DNA of 64,000 nucleotides from Raja brachyura (lineage: Eukaryota). Within the stretch, counting starts at the first letter, position 1, and every line of letters starts with the position of its first letter. Made by a program: the position numbers and the translations under genes. Below the pieces are notes generated by a model, which saw only the letters and a list, made by a program, of their open reading frames with translations, was not told where the DNA came from and did no database searches. Positions 1-12,520 of the stretch are shown here, one piece after another. The stretch lies in NCBI GenBank assembly GCA_963514005.1, contig OY740783.1:97774001-97838000 (forward strand). Reading direction: 5' to 3'.

Positions 1-1566
1 ATTCGAGAGCCTGACACAGTGTCTAGTATAAACCGATCAGATGTTACCGGAGGTTGTTCCCCAGAAATCTCATCCTGGACAGAATGAATCACCTCTACAG
101 TCAACCTCGAAGTCCCCCTTCTTCGCATATTGGGGTTGTAGCTGGGATTCACAGGTGGGTAACACTGTCTTCCCACTGGCCCCACTCCGCTTGGCCCGGC
201 CCCTGGATCCGACCCCCTTCGCGCTGAAAACGACCTGCGAGGTGGCATCCTGGCAGAAGGGACGTATGTCTTCATGAGACCGATTGTTTTGACCTCTTCC
301 TCCAGGTCCTTGACTTGTTTGAGGAGGTCCACCCCAAATAAATAATCTGGGGCTTGGATGTTGGTGGACCTACACAAAGCTGCAAATTTCAGGTTCAGCG
401 TCGGTTTTATAGCTATTTGTCTTATGCAGTTGACCTCAAAATATGCGTTACAGAACAGGGCCAGCATATCTTGTTGTGTGCCAGACATTGGTGCCCCCCG
501 GACCATTTTTCCAAATGCAGTGATGCCTGCTGCCACCAACTTGAGGACCCGCTGAAACCTGATTTCCTATCCACGCATCATTGCACTCATTTGTGCCCAT
601 ATAGCAGAGTTCATGGTGGGCAGTTTGAGTGACGCACAATTAACAGGTGTTTTATATCTCGTGGCCGTCTCTTCCATAATCGTATCCTGGAGCTGGTGAG
701 AAGCCATGTAATTTACATTGGCAGCCAGGTTTTCATCCATGGCCTCACCAGTCCCTTCCGGAATAGCGAAATTCCCCGCTACATCCGGGACACCTGGAGC
801 ATGGCTCATGTGCTCTGGTGTGTGCTCATATGCAGTGACACCAGCTTCAGGGTCAGACTCCTTCTGCCCTGGCTTTCCCGAGTCTTGCTCTAGGAAGGTC
901 TCTTCCAGCCCTAAACGAGGTGCTGGAGAGGGTGATTCCCATTGATATTGGTAGGCAGTGTAATCCTCACTGTGTGAGCCTCTCTGAGAGGCTGCCTGGG
1001 GAATCTTAGGGGCATTGGACCCTGATTGAAATATCTCATGGCTCATTAGTGCTGGAGAATCCTCTCCATTTGGTCGAGCCATCCCCATACCTTCTTGTTA
1101 TCAGGAGGGGAGTCTTCCTCATCATCAGACCCGTCAGATAAAACGGGTCTCTTGGCTTTTCTTCCTGTTGTAGTGGCCTCAGTGCCCCGAGGCACTGGAG
1201 CTGATGGAGGCTGTTGAACTGCCGGTAAAACAGCAGCTGGTATTGGAGCCGGCGTTACCGCACTTGTTATCTCTCGACCCGATCTGCGAGCTGGAACCGC
1301 GGGCCCGCGCATTCCGCTCCTACTTCGAACAGTTTTCTTGACGGTACCCTCCATAACCACTAACTCCCGCTGGCATCCGAGCCAGACTTACAGAGTTTAA
1401 ATAGTCGCAGGGAAAGTTTTAAAACCACTTACCTGCGAGTTTACTACTTACCACTGGTGGAGCTGCGCTCTCCAGCCCGTCGGTGCGCCATGCGTCGGAC
1501 GTAATGACGTGCATGCGCCTGGCAGGGCTTCTTCACGTAGTCACTCACGTGACTCCGAAGTAAAAT
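1..1566 (-). mobile_element. DIRS-type (tyrosine-recombinase) retrotransposon, 5' portion with disrupted gag-like ORF; continues off the left edge
   Basis: Minus-strand terminus ATTTTACTTCGGAGTCACGTGAGTGAC and a CpG-rich leader. Broken ORFs 1360-1046 and 1088-567 (RYKTPVNCASLKLPTMNSAIW), followed by ALFCNAYFEVNCIRQIAIKP..YLFGVDL. The window start reads TSDRFILDTVSG, like a DIRS pol N-terminus. Confidence 0.6.
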
Positions 1567-1569
1567 TAC

Positions 1570-1832
1570 ACCCAGAGTTTCAGGTGCAATTAAACAGAGT
1601 TCTATGTGCAATTATACTGTGAGTTGCTTGTGTACTTTTACCATTGTTTCATATCTTGTTACATCATGAGTTTCACTTGATGTACAGTATCACCACTGGT
1701 ACCAGGCAATGTTATACTTTTAGTTCCATGATGTGTTACACCACTGTTTCCATGCAATAAGTGCACCATTATTTTCATCGAGTGAAACACAACTATTTTC
1801 CTGCAGTGTTACAGCTCCAGGTCCATGCAGTC
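1570..1832. repeat. Degenerate ~24-bp minisatellite (consensus about ACCACTATTTTCATGCAGTGTTAC), left block
   Basis: Recurrent caccact...catgcagtg units. The same unit resumes at 3268-3352, about 3815-3880 and about 4250-4310. Confidence 0.55.
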
Positions 1833-1835
1833 TAA

Positions 1836-3264
1836 AGGGGCTGTCCCACTGCGGCAACCTAATTGGCGAGTTTAGAAGAGTTTAGGAGAGTTTAAAAAAA
1901 TGTCATGTTGAAAACCTCCTTCGACTATGTCGAAGACTAGCTTTGACTAGCTTCGGGAAAATTGGACGTCGAATAGTGGAGAGTGAAGACGACCTCCTTC
2001 GACCTCCCTTCGACTATGTTGAAGACTATCTACGACTACCTTCGACTACCTTTGATTACCTTCAACTACCCTCGATTACCTACGAATAACATGCCGACCT
2101 ACTACGAACTACTTCGACTAAACCTATGAGTAAAAAAAGTATCGATTTTTTCCATGGCAACCTTTTTTTACTCGCGGGCATGTTGAAAAATATGCCGCGA
2201 CCTAGCTGAGGCCTCGAGTATGCGGGACTATTCTCGAGCATGAGGGTGAGTTACATAGACCTCCTAGGACCTCGTGTTGACCATGCTGCGAGTATGAGTC
2301 GAGGGCAAACTCACCAGAACTCGCGGATTAGTTCTCATGAGGAGGATGCTTGGAGGCTGCAGGGTGATTTGGATAGGCTGAGTGAATGGGCAGATGCATG
2401 GCAGATGCAGTACAATGTGGATAAATGTGAGGTTATCCACTTTGGTGGCAAAAACATGAGGGTAGACTATTATCTGAATGGTGGCAGATTAGGTAAGGGG
2501 GAGATGCAACGAGACCTGGGTGTCATGGTACACCAGTCATTGAAAGTAGGCATGCAGGTGCAGCAGGCAGTGAAGAAAGCAAATGGTATGTTAGCATTCA
2601 TAGCGAAAGGATTTGAGTATAGGAGCAGGGAGGTTCTACTGCAGTTGTACAGGGTTTTGGTGAGGCCACACCTGGAGTACTGCGTACAGTTTTGGTCTCC
2701 AAATCTGAGGAAAGACATCCTTGCCATAGAGGGGGTACAGAGAAGATTCACCAGACTGATTCCTGGGATGTCAGGACTTTCATATGAGGAAAGATTGGAT
2801 AGACTCGGTTTGTACTCGATGGAATTTAGAAGATTGAGGGGGGATCTTATAGAAACCTACAAAATTCTTAAGGGGTTGGACAAGCTAGATGCTGGAAGAT
2901 TGTTCCCGATGTTGGGGGAGTCCAGAACAAGGGGTCACGGTCTAAGGATAAGGGGGAATTCCTTTAGGACCGAAATGAGGAAAACATTCTTTACACAGAG
3001 AGTGGTGAGTCTCTGGAATTCTCTGCCACAGAAGGTAGTTGAGGCCAGTTCATTGGCTATATTTAAGAGGGCGTTAGATGTGGCACTTGTGGCTAAAGGG
3101 ATCAGGGGGTATGGAGAGAAGGCAGGTACGGGATACTGAGTTGGATGATCAGCCATGATCACATTGAATGGCGGTGCAGGCTCGAAGGGCCGAATGGCCT
3201 ACTCCTGCACCTATTTTCTATGTCTATGTTTCTATGATTAGGTCGCCACAGTGGGACAGCCCAT
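1836..3264. mobile_element. PIF/Harbinger-type non-autonomous element (MITE) interrupted by a CR1
   Basis: TIRs AGGGGCTGTCCCACTGCGGCAACCTAAT and ATTAGGTCGCCACAGTGGGACAGCCCAT; flanks TAA/TTA; internal (CTTCGACTAC)-like repeats. Confidence 0.8.
2331..3236 (+). mobile_element. CR1 LINE, 5'-truncated, young subfamily
   Basis: RT C-terminus WQMQYNVDKCEVIHFG..RPHLEYCVQFWSP..FFTQRVV without stops; (TTTCTATG)n tail; GATTA duplicated at 2326-2330 and 3236-3240. Confidence 0.93.
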
Positions 3265-3351
3265 TTACACTGTTCATTCCATGCAGTGTCATACCACTAT
3301 TTTCATGCAGTATAACACCACTATTTTCATGTGGTGTTATACCACTAATGT

Positions 3352-3810
3352 GGTGAAGGTCCTGCTAGGGTTTGACTTCCAAAAATGCAACACCTCACGC
3401 TTATCTGCATGAAACTCCATCAGCCATTCCTTTGCCCATTTGCCCAACTGATTTAGATCCTGCTGTTTGTTGATAACCATCCTTATCATCTCTGATACCA
3501 CACTCTTTAGTGTCATCTGCAAACATATTCTCCGTGCCTTGTACATTCTTATCCAAGTTATTGATATAAACCACAAACAGCAATGGGCCCACACCAATTC
3601 CTGAGGCACACTACTAATCACAGGCTGCCAGTCCAAAAAATAACCTTCCACCATCATCCACTTATTTCTTCCATGAAGCCAATTCTCTATCCAGTTGGCT
3701 AGCTCTCCCTGGATCTAATTTTCCAGAGCTGCCAATTATGTGGAACCTCATTAGATGCATGTCAGGGTAAATGGTAGGCACCTCTACAAGGTTAGATCAC
3801 ATGGGGTCCA
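3352..3810 (-). mobile_element. Degraded CR1 RT fragment
   Basis: ORFs contain GPLLFVVYINNLD..FADDTK and QQDLNQLGKWAKEW, with frameshifts. Confidence 0.8.
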
Positions 3811-3882
3811 GTGCCAAGTGGTGTGATACTTGTTCCATGTGGTGTCACACCACTAGTTCTATGCATTGTTACATCACTCTGT

Positions 3883-4235
3883 CCAACAATCTGCCTATCA
3901 AATAACCCCAAATTTGTCTGAAGTCTGAAGAAAGGTCTCGACCCAAAACATCACCCATTCCTTCTCCCCAGAGATGCTGCCTGTCCCACTGAGTTACTCC
4001 AATATTTGTTGTTTATCTTTGATTAAAACCAGCATCTGCAGTTCTTTCCTACATATCAAATAATCCCCTCGCCTGTGCTCACCTTTTACCGGCCATGCTC
4101 TGTCCTGCCCCTTCTCTCTCCCAGATTTATTTTCTGCCCTCCTGCAGTGTCTCAAGGGTTCCGACCTGAAATGTCTTCTATCCATGTTCTGCAGTGATGT
4201 TGCCTGACCTGCTGAGTTACTCCAGCATCTTTGTT
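3883..4235 (+). mobile_element. Two nested Penelope 3'-terminal (pLTR) remnants with degenerate hammerhead-like cores
   Basis: gtctgaagaaaggtctcgacccaaaacatc..gatgctgcctg..gagttactcca motif; the inner unit is flanked by TATCAAATAA at 3896-3905 and 4054-4063. Confidence 0.65.
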
Positions 4236-5321
4236 ACATTTTGACTTTCTAGCAGTTGGATACCACTAGTTTCAGGTGGAATTACATTGAAGAATTACCC
4301 ATGCAGAACATTAGTCTCATTAGGTGATGCACCACTCAGGTACTCGAGTTCTGTTGCAATCCAGCAATCTAGTCCCTGATGCCTGAATGGTTGAAGTCAT
4401 GCTTCGTGAATGCGTGGTCTGTGCCTTAATTGGTACACGTGACAATAAACAGACCTTTGAAATCTTTGAATGTAACTGAACAATCTGTAGTCATCTGTGA
4501 TCCCCAGCTTCTGACGTGATGGTGCAAGGTCATTGACGAAGCAGGTGATGTTGGTTTGTCTGAAGACCCTCGTGCACTGTTGTCCTGGGACTGAGATGAT
4601 TGACCTTCAACAACCACAACCAGCCTCCTTTTTCTTTGTGTACAGTTTAACTCCAACCAGAGAAGAGTTTTTCTCTTGATGTTCTTTGAATACAGATTTA
4701 CTCAAACTTTTTGTTGTTGCACTCAGTCAAACGCGGCCTTGCTATCAAGGGCTTGGTTTGTTGGGTTGCATGTCGCTGCATTTTAAAATGATGCTTTATA
4801 ATATGGCATTGACCTGCAACTTAATACCAAGTTATTTTTGTTCCAGTGGAACAGTTGGCCCACTTTTGATCCATGCAGGCTACGTATGGTTGCTTTTTTC
4901 TATCCCATTTACAGACTGTTGGAGCAGTGAGCTTTTGAGTTTGGAATTTATTAGCATTAAGCAAGCCCCCCCTGTGGTGCACTAGGTCATGTCAGGCTAT
5001 ACAGATCAGACGCTGCATCTTTCCTGGGTAAAATAAACTTGACAAGTGCTCTCTTGGAAGTGTTGCAGCATCCAAGGGAAAGGATGGGTAAACCCAGGTC
5101 AAGATCCCCATTTGCTTGCCTTCCCTCTATCTCCCCCTTTTGGGATGTGCCTCGAGAGCAGAAAGCTAGTTCAGATTGATGCAGCAATCTTTGCAATGAC
5201 AGACTTTAAAGGCAGAAAAAGATCGGGATCCTAAAATCTTGTTCAAACTCGACGCCTTTTCATCGTGATTAAAGATGTCTCCCTTTTCCTACATCTCCAA
5301 TCTTTCCCCACAAACATATCA

Positions 5322-5505
5322 ATGGATATTTCTCAGGCACAGATAGATAGATTCTTGATTAGTATGGATGATGGGGGGGTTATGGGGAGAAGGCAGGAGA
5401 ATGAGGTTAGGAGGGAGAGATAGATCAGCCATGATTGAATGGTGGAGTATTGCCGAATGACCTAAAACTGCTCCTACCACTTACAAACTTATGAATTTAT
5501 GAACC
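5322..5505 (+). mobile_element. CR1 3' end fragment
   Basis: ggttatggggagaaggcagg..gatcagccatgattgaatgg tail sequence. Confidence 0.7.
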
Positions 5506-5911
5506 TCACCACTGCCTCATAATCTGCGGCAAGGGGAAAACCACTGCACGACCCCCACTCCCCCCTGCTCCCACCGATGCCCCAGAGCCAGGAATGGAAA
5601 ATAATTATTCTGTGTAATTTCCATATGACCACCTCGGGCCAGGAATCCAGCCCAGTGGATCCTGCACATCAAAGGGTGTCTAAAAAGACATCCCAGCTCC
5701 CTCTTAAAGGCAGGGAATCCGTAAACACCAGACATGCAAGCAATGTATCTTGTAAAGTCAGCTACTCTGTAGGAACAGAATAACCACTGATCTGTTCCCT
5801 CTCAGCTGGTTTACAATGATGATCTCTCATCATCCCTTGTCTGTTAGTCCTGTAGAATCCATTACTATGTCAATTATGCAGACCACTAATACTCTTCCCG
5901 GCCCCTGTGTG

Positions 5912-6220
5912 GTTTAGTTTAGTTTAGTTTAGAGATACAATGCAGAACCAAGCCCTTCGGCCCATTGAGTCCACACCGACCAGCGATCCCCGCACACTAA
6001 CACTATCCTACACACATTAGAGACAATTTACAATTTTACCAAAGCCAATTAACCTACAAACTTGTACGGCTCTGGAGTGGGAGAGGAAACCGGAGCATCT
6101 GGAGAAAATCCATGCAGGTCACGGGGAGAACGTACACACTCTGTACAGACAGCACCCATAGTCAGGGTTGAACCCAGGTCTCTGGCGCCGTAAGGCAGCA
6201 ACTATACCACTACGCCATTG
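5912..6220 (-). mobile_element. tRNA-derived V-SINE (HE1-like)
   Basis: Reverse of the tRNA-like head (gtagttgctgccttac..ggttcaacc), V-domain ttctccccgtgacc..ggtttcctc, and CTAAA-repeat tail. Confidence 0.85.
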
Positions 6221-7094
6221 GGGTCTTGTGATTATTGTGCTCCTATCAATATTTCAGTGATGATTAGCCAACAGAACAAATGTAACATCAAATACAGATC
6301 TTTTCCATCCAGTTTTGAAACAGTCATCACAAAGCTTCCTGTTGCATGTAGGAACAAAAAAAATAGTGCGTGGGAGGAAAAACGTAGTTCTAAACTGGTG
6401 ACAGCCATTATGATGCATTTGGACAGATTCCAATGATGTTCTCAATGCATGCAAAATAACACATGCAAACGGTACAGAAATCCACAAAGTAAGAGGTGTT
6501 TGAAGTAAAAAAAAAAAATATATATATATATATCAAACAGTAATTATCTTCATGTGGAGTTCCACAGAACCGACTGCACCTTAACTTCACATCTCTGATG
6601 AAACAAGATTTCATACCCAGTCTAATATAGTGCTTTTTATGTGACATCCTTTATGTGATATCCTTTTGCCTTGGTGGTCTGTGAATGTTCCTGATTACAC
6701 ATTTGACCATCCATTCAATGCCATCATTTACACCAAGCAGTCTTGATTCCCTATTTTTGGGCAAAGTCACCAAAAGCCGTTTTTATATCTCCAACCGAGA
6801 GGCAGGTCTCGATGTCCTGTTTGTTAGCCAAGACCAACAATGGAACTCCTGCCAGCACCTCATTGTGATCATTTTGGTTTCACCTCTGCAGTGTTCTAAT
6901 GCAAATAGACCAAAGTCTCTGGAGTCTTTTGCAGTTCTTTAAGCTAGGAATGATTCTGGTGGCATTTCTCAGCTTCTCGCTCACCTATCTGGGAACTGGA
7001 ACTGGATACATTGTTTTCTGCGGGATCTGCCCGCAGTCTAATAATGCTCTTACATTTATACTGAACAGAGTAAAAACATCCTATATGCCACACA

Positions 7095-7695
7095 AGTCAA
7101 GGTGAGTTTATTGTCATATGCATAGCAGTGGTGAAGTGCATGTACAATAGAGTCATAAGAGTGATTCAGTGTGGAAACAGGCCCTTCGGCCCAACTTGTC
7201 CCACATGCCTGCGCTAACTAGTCCAGTCTGCGCTAGATCCACATCCCTCCAAACCTGTCCTATCCATGTACCCGTCTAACTATTTCTTAAATGTTGGGAT
7301 AGTCCCAGCCTCAACTACCTCCTCTGGCAACTTGTTCCATACAATGGAAATGGAAATCCTGCTTGCAGCAGCATCATAGGAATGTACTTAGACAACATAC
7401 AAAAACATAAATTACACATCAATTACTCGTGAATTCTAAAAGAATAGAACAAGACTGCAAAAAAACAAGACACAAATGCAAAAATATACAATTAGAAAAA
7501 AAGGTCCATGATAGTACAAATGGAGGTTCATGTTGTTCCAATAACGAGGTAGGATTAGGTAGGATTAGGGTTGTGCACCTGGATTCAAGAACCTGTTGTA
7601 GGAAAGTAGCTGTTTCTAAACCTGCTGGTGTGGGATTCTGTGGCTCCTGCCCAACAGTGGTAGGGAGAACCAGGCACGACCTGGATGGTGGGGAA
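7095..7695 (-). mobile_element. Rex1-like LINE 3' remnant containing an inserted CR1 3' end (about 7148-7339)
   Basis: gagtttattgtcatatg tail. The CR1 piece (gtggaaacaggcccttcggcccaac) is bracketed by TACAAT on both sides. Confidence 0.55.
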
Positions 7696-9839
7696 ATATT
7701 AGGACAAATACCAAAATCATTGAAAAGGTATGGTTTAAAGTGGACATTGAAGGGGGAGAAGGAGAAGTACAGAGGCAGAGTATTAAGTGAGGAGATTCAA
7801 GTTTAGGGTCCTGGCAGCATTGTACAATTGATTTAAACCTGGAGATAGGAAGCCAACACTGGAGGAATACAGAATTCCTGTGGCTTATAGGTCTGGAGAA
7901 GCTGTACAGATTCTCACATAAATAACGTGACTGACACATTTATGGTGCTGTTCAGAGGAAAAACACATGTATGATATGTCCAGTCACAGGCACCACACTT
8001 CTGGAAAGACATCAAGGGCTTGGAGTGAGCATGGTGGAGGTTTACTTAAAATAATACTGGAAAAGGGGATACGGAGTGAATCTTTTTTTTAACTCATCTA
8101 TTCACAGAATGCGGATGTCACTGACGAGGACAGCATTTATTGTTCATTCTTAATTTCCCCCCGGGGCCATGTGAACACAACTACATTGGTGGGTTTGGAG
8201 TCAGACATTGGCAGCTAAGAATGGCAGCTTTATTTTTCCTGAAGGACATCAGTAATTCAAGCAGGTTTATTTGACAATCCCGTATGTTGATGCTTAAGGT
8301 TACCGTTACCAACTTTTTATTTCAGATTGTATTTCAATGATGTGTAAAGTTCTCCAACTGTACTGGGCTGTGATTTAAATTCATGACTCTTGCTCAACGA
8401 TTCAGGTAGCTTGCATAGTTATCCAATAACATTACCGCTGTACTACTGTACTGATAGCACAAGCTAGGACTGCTTTCTCCAGAATGATGATGATTTTGTG
8501 CTCATTTTTAGATTCGGACCTTTGAGCTGCAACCATGAATGACAAAATGTAGAATTTCAATAAATGGGAAAGACACAGGGAGAAGGAAAAAAATGTTTAG
8601 ACAGTGAGTTTTTCGGACCTGGAAAAACACTGCCTGAAAGTAAGGCGAAAGCAGATTCAACTATATTTTCAAAAAATAATTGAATAAATACTTGAATAAG
8701 GAACGATTTGCAGACATTAGGAATTGCAAATGCTGAAATAGTGCGTAGAATGCAATGAGCTGCAGTAACTCAGCAGGCCACGCAGCATCTGTGGAGAACA
8801 TGGATAGGCAATATTTCAGGTGGGGAACCTTCTTCACGAGATATGCAGGTCAGTGGGGAAAGTAGGTGTATTTGTAGAGCTCCGTCTAAAAAGAAACACA
8901 AGCAGAGGAGAAGTTTTGTCCCTCAAAGAGCTGCAAATCTTTTCTCTCCCATAAGGATGGTGATGCTTGGACGCTGAGTGAATTTAAGACGGGTCAATTG
9001 AAGGGGGAATCAAGGGATGGGACAGCAAGAGAGAGCAGGGGTCAGCTATGGTGTGATTCTGTGGTGAAGCCATGGTGTGAATGAACATGCAGCACACTCC
9101 CATACCTATTGCATATGGTGTCCTGAGCATTACTTTAAGAACTGCAAAATGTTAGTTTGTAGCTTGCCACACAGTACTAAATTACTTCTGTGCTGAGCTG
9201 CTTCATGGCAACGGATGAATTCCTGGCAAGAAAGACAACATAGACAGAAGACAGCATGCGGATAAACAGGAACAGATTGCAGCTAAACTTTCTGTAGCTT
9301 TCCCTACCCCCATTCATTTCCACCACCCCGCCCCAGCTGCAGAACACCAGCGAGATTATTAGCTGGATGGAAACAAGAAACATGTTTCTGTCCGATGGGA
9401 GTTTCTGAATATTTGGCAGAGCAGTGTGAAGTCAAGCCCACTACAGCAATAATTCCACACAGCAAGGGAATGCTAGTAATTGGAGACTGACACTGCCAAG
9501 GTCCATCACAGCCCTTCAGGAAAACACTGCATCCTCCCCATCTGAGAAAACAAATTGAACTCAAGCATTTTGCCAGAAAAAAGTTTCACCTACAGGGGAT
9601 TACATGTCTTCGTCCTAGAGGTACAATGTACAATGAGGACAGTCTCCACCATATCCTTTTGGGGAATTGCAGGGAGTTTGTGTGCAATAAATAAGTTCTA
9701 TTTAGTTTCATTGCTAGTCAGGGCCTCATGAAGAATGCATGAAAAATCAGGTCAAAGCACAACGGATAATCTTAAAGGGATAATGTAATTATTGAAAGTT
9801 TTAGTTTGTTTTAGGGTGCCGTAATAGAGAAGGAAATAA

Positions 9840-10195
9840 AGAACGTGCTTTTCTGCAGTGACTTGCATGACCTCAGAGTGCCTCAAAGCACTTTACAGCC
9901 AGTGAAGTACTTTTGCAGTACACTGTGGTGATTTAAAACAAGTGGCAGCTCTGACTGGGCAGCCCAAGGTTGTGGGTTCAAGCCCCACTCCTGAACCCTG
10001 AACACAAAATACAGGCCGACAATTCAATGGAGACATTCCCCTCATCTCCATCCTAATTGGCTGTGTACTGGAGCAAATATTCATCCCACATCATCATTGC
10101 ATTGGAGTTGTAGGAATCTGCTGTGTACTAATTTGGCACTGTGTTTCCTGCATTACAACAGTGATTGAAAGCTCTTAATTGGAAAGTACAATGGG
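9840..10195. mobile_element. Ancient DeuSINE (SacSINE1/AmnSINE-like) relics, opposite orientations
   Basis: ggttgtgggttcaagccccactcc head and ctgctgtg..aatttggc..gtttcctgcattacaacagtga tail, next to an inverted caaagcactttacagcc..gaagtacttt piece. Confidence 0.5.
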
Positions 10196-10207
10196 ATGTC
10201 AACGTTA

Positions 10208-10512
10208 GGGCAGCACAGTGGCGTAGCAGTAGAGTTGCTGCCTTACAGCACCAGAGACTTGGGTTCGATCATGACTACCGGTGCTGTCTGTACAGAGTTT
10301 GTATGTTCTCCCTGTGACCATGTGGGCTTTATCTTGGTGCTCTGGTTTCCTCCCGCACTCCAAAGGCCGACAAGTTTGTAGGTTAATTGGATTTGATAAA
10401 ATTGTATATTGTCCGTATTGTGTAGGATAGTGTTTGTGTACGGGATGATCACTGGTCGGTGTGGGCCGAAGGGCCTGTCTCCGCGCTGTATTTCTAAAGT
10501 CCAAAGTCTAAA
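10208..10512 (+). mobile_element. tRNA-derived V-SINE (HE1-like), full length
   Basis: A/B-box head gggcagcacagtggcgtagcagtagagttgctgcc..ggttcgatc; V-domain; tail gggccgaagggcctgt..ctaaagt. Confidence 0.9.
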
Positions 10513-10981
10513 ATGGAAGTTTCTAAATGAAGGCAATCCAGAGAAGATGATTATATTGATGAAAGTGATGACTATGTTATTCTTGGCACAATTCAGTCAC
10601 AATTATTCCTCCATTCTCAACAATCAGAGAGGCAGAGCATTCCTGGTTCTCTCAACTCATTAATCAAACTAAATTAACCTTGACATGGGGTGCTGTAACG
10701 TTGCTGTGACATTCATGGGGCTTGTAAAGAATGCATGCAGAATTAGGCCCAGGACTCACCAAGAGAGTGGTGAAAATGTGGAGCTCACTGCCGCAGGGAC
10801 GGGCTGTGATGAGTATCAAAGATGGATTAAAGGGGAAAGGGAGAAAGGAATGGAAGGATATGGGGATATGAAGAGGGATGGGAGGAGAGCCATGTGGAGC
10901 ACAAACCTGTCACTGGCTCGAAGAGCCAAATGGCCTAAATATACGCTGTACGATTCATGTCTATGCAAGGTTCATGGAAGG

Positions 10982-11465
10982 TAGGGTTGCCAACTGTCCC
11001 GTATTAGCTGGGACATCCCGTATATTGGGCTAAATTGGTTTGTCCCATACGGGACCGCCCTTGTCCTGTATTTGACTGCTACTACTCGGGTCGAGGGGAT
11101 CTTCGGGTCGGAGCGCCGCGTCCGGCCGTGCCTCACTTGTCCCAACATAGTGCAGCCCATGGAGTGCAGCAGCAGCGTCTCACCCTTGGCCCCGTCGGTT
11201 GGCAGACCGGCCAGCTGTCCAACCTTCGGAACTTCGCTTACCACCCAACACCACCACTCCTCCTTCTCATGGCCGATCATCAGTTCATGAGTTGGATGTG
11301 GTGTCGGACCAAAACTCCTCAGCTGGCCCTCCCCCAGCTGGGTTTTGTGTGCAGTCCAGCACCCGGGCCAACTCATCATTCACCCAGCCATGGCCGTGTC
11401 AGTCAATGAATTGCCGTCGGGAATTTGTCCCTTATTTTGACCTTATTTGGGAGTGAGAAACCCTA
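10982..11465. mobile_element. hAT (Blackjack-like) non-autonomous DNA transposon
   Basis: Begins TAGGGTTGCCAAC and ends AACCCTA (right TIR partly deleted); 8-bp TSD ATGGAAGG/ATGGAGGG; subterminal GTCCC repeats. Confidence 0.8.
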
Positions 11466-12520
11466 ATGGAGGGCTGAATCAATCCAGTATCCCACTTAGA
11501 TAGTTTAGACAGTGGTCGCTAAAAGGTTATTTAATTGAAGAGTGCAGATAGGTAAGCCTCATCCATTCTTAACCTTCACATGCACAGACACGAATACACA
11601 CACCAATACATACAAGCACACACACACACACCTGCATAAACGAACATTGCACAGTGTTACAGAGCTCTTCCATTACGGTATGCTTGCAGCAAGTATTTCA
11701 ATAGCCCTCACCTCTGGCCCAGGTTGTTCAACTCGGCTTCCACAGTTCTTTGTCATGCTGTTTTCAGATGGTCGTGTGTGGCTGCCTTCAGGTGTCTGTC
11801 TCATCGCTGTTCTCCTGGTGGAATAGACTTCCATCCAAAGCTCATGGACAACCTGCTAGAGTGTTAGTATCCTCTCGGCTGCTCTAAGGCAGTAGATCCT
11901 TGATCCTAGGCCAAAAATGATCATGGATGTTTTCAGAGATAGGGAACACATACTGACAGAGGAGACTAGTTTAAGCGGGCATTATAGACATTGTGGGTCG
12001 AAGGGGCGATTCCTGCGCTGTACTATTCTATGTTCTATGTAACAATTTGGGTTGTTTAGTACACGTATGTGCAGTTGATGATGTGATGGGAGAGTGGTCC
12101 ACCTTCATAACCATGGCCTGTAAGGGATGAGATGGGTTTCCTTCAGATGCTCCTTGGAATGTCTTTTGTTGTACTCCACGATAAACAAATCATGGCATTT
12201 TAAAATAAAATTGCAGACAGGGCATGTTCTTGACCTGCTCCCATTTTCATTACAAACCAGAGCTCACTGTAATCAACACTGCATGTAGAATGGAGCAGAA
12301 GCCTTTGTGGAGATTGATTGTGTGAAGTGGGATTCCACAGGACCAGTTCTCTAAACGCAGCAACAGCTTTGTTGAAGTCCATGAGGTTTACGTAGAGGTG
12401 TCATCACCATTCTCAACATAGTTCATTATGTTTTGTCGTTGAAAGAGCTGATCTGTTCCCTTGTGCTGTTTCTGAAACCTGGCTTGTTTGTTTTCTCAGA
12501 ACAGCACCATCTTTGATTTA

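Noticed and set aside
1990-2125. CRISPR-like or coding repeat in the CTTCGACTAC array
   Set aside because: Short degenerate tandem units without unique spacers, inside a MITE in eukaryotic DNA.
2240-3139. 299-aa ORF as a host gene
   Set aside because: Chance in-frame fusion of MITE sequence to a truncated CR1 RT C-terminus.
10208-10285. tRNA genes at SINE heads
   Set aside because: A/B boxes run straight into the V-domain and LINE-like tail; these are SINEs, not tRNAs.
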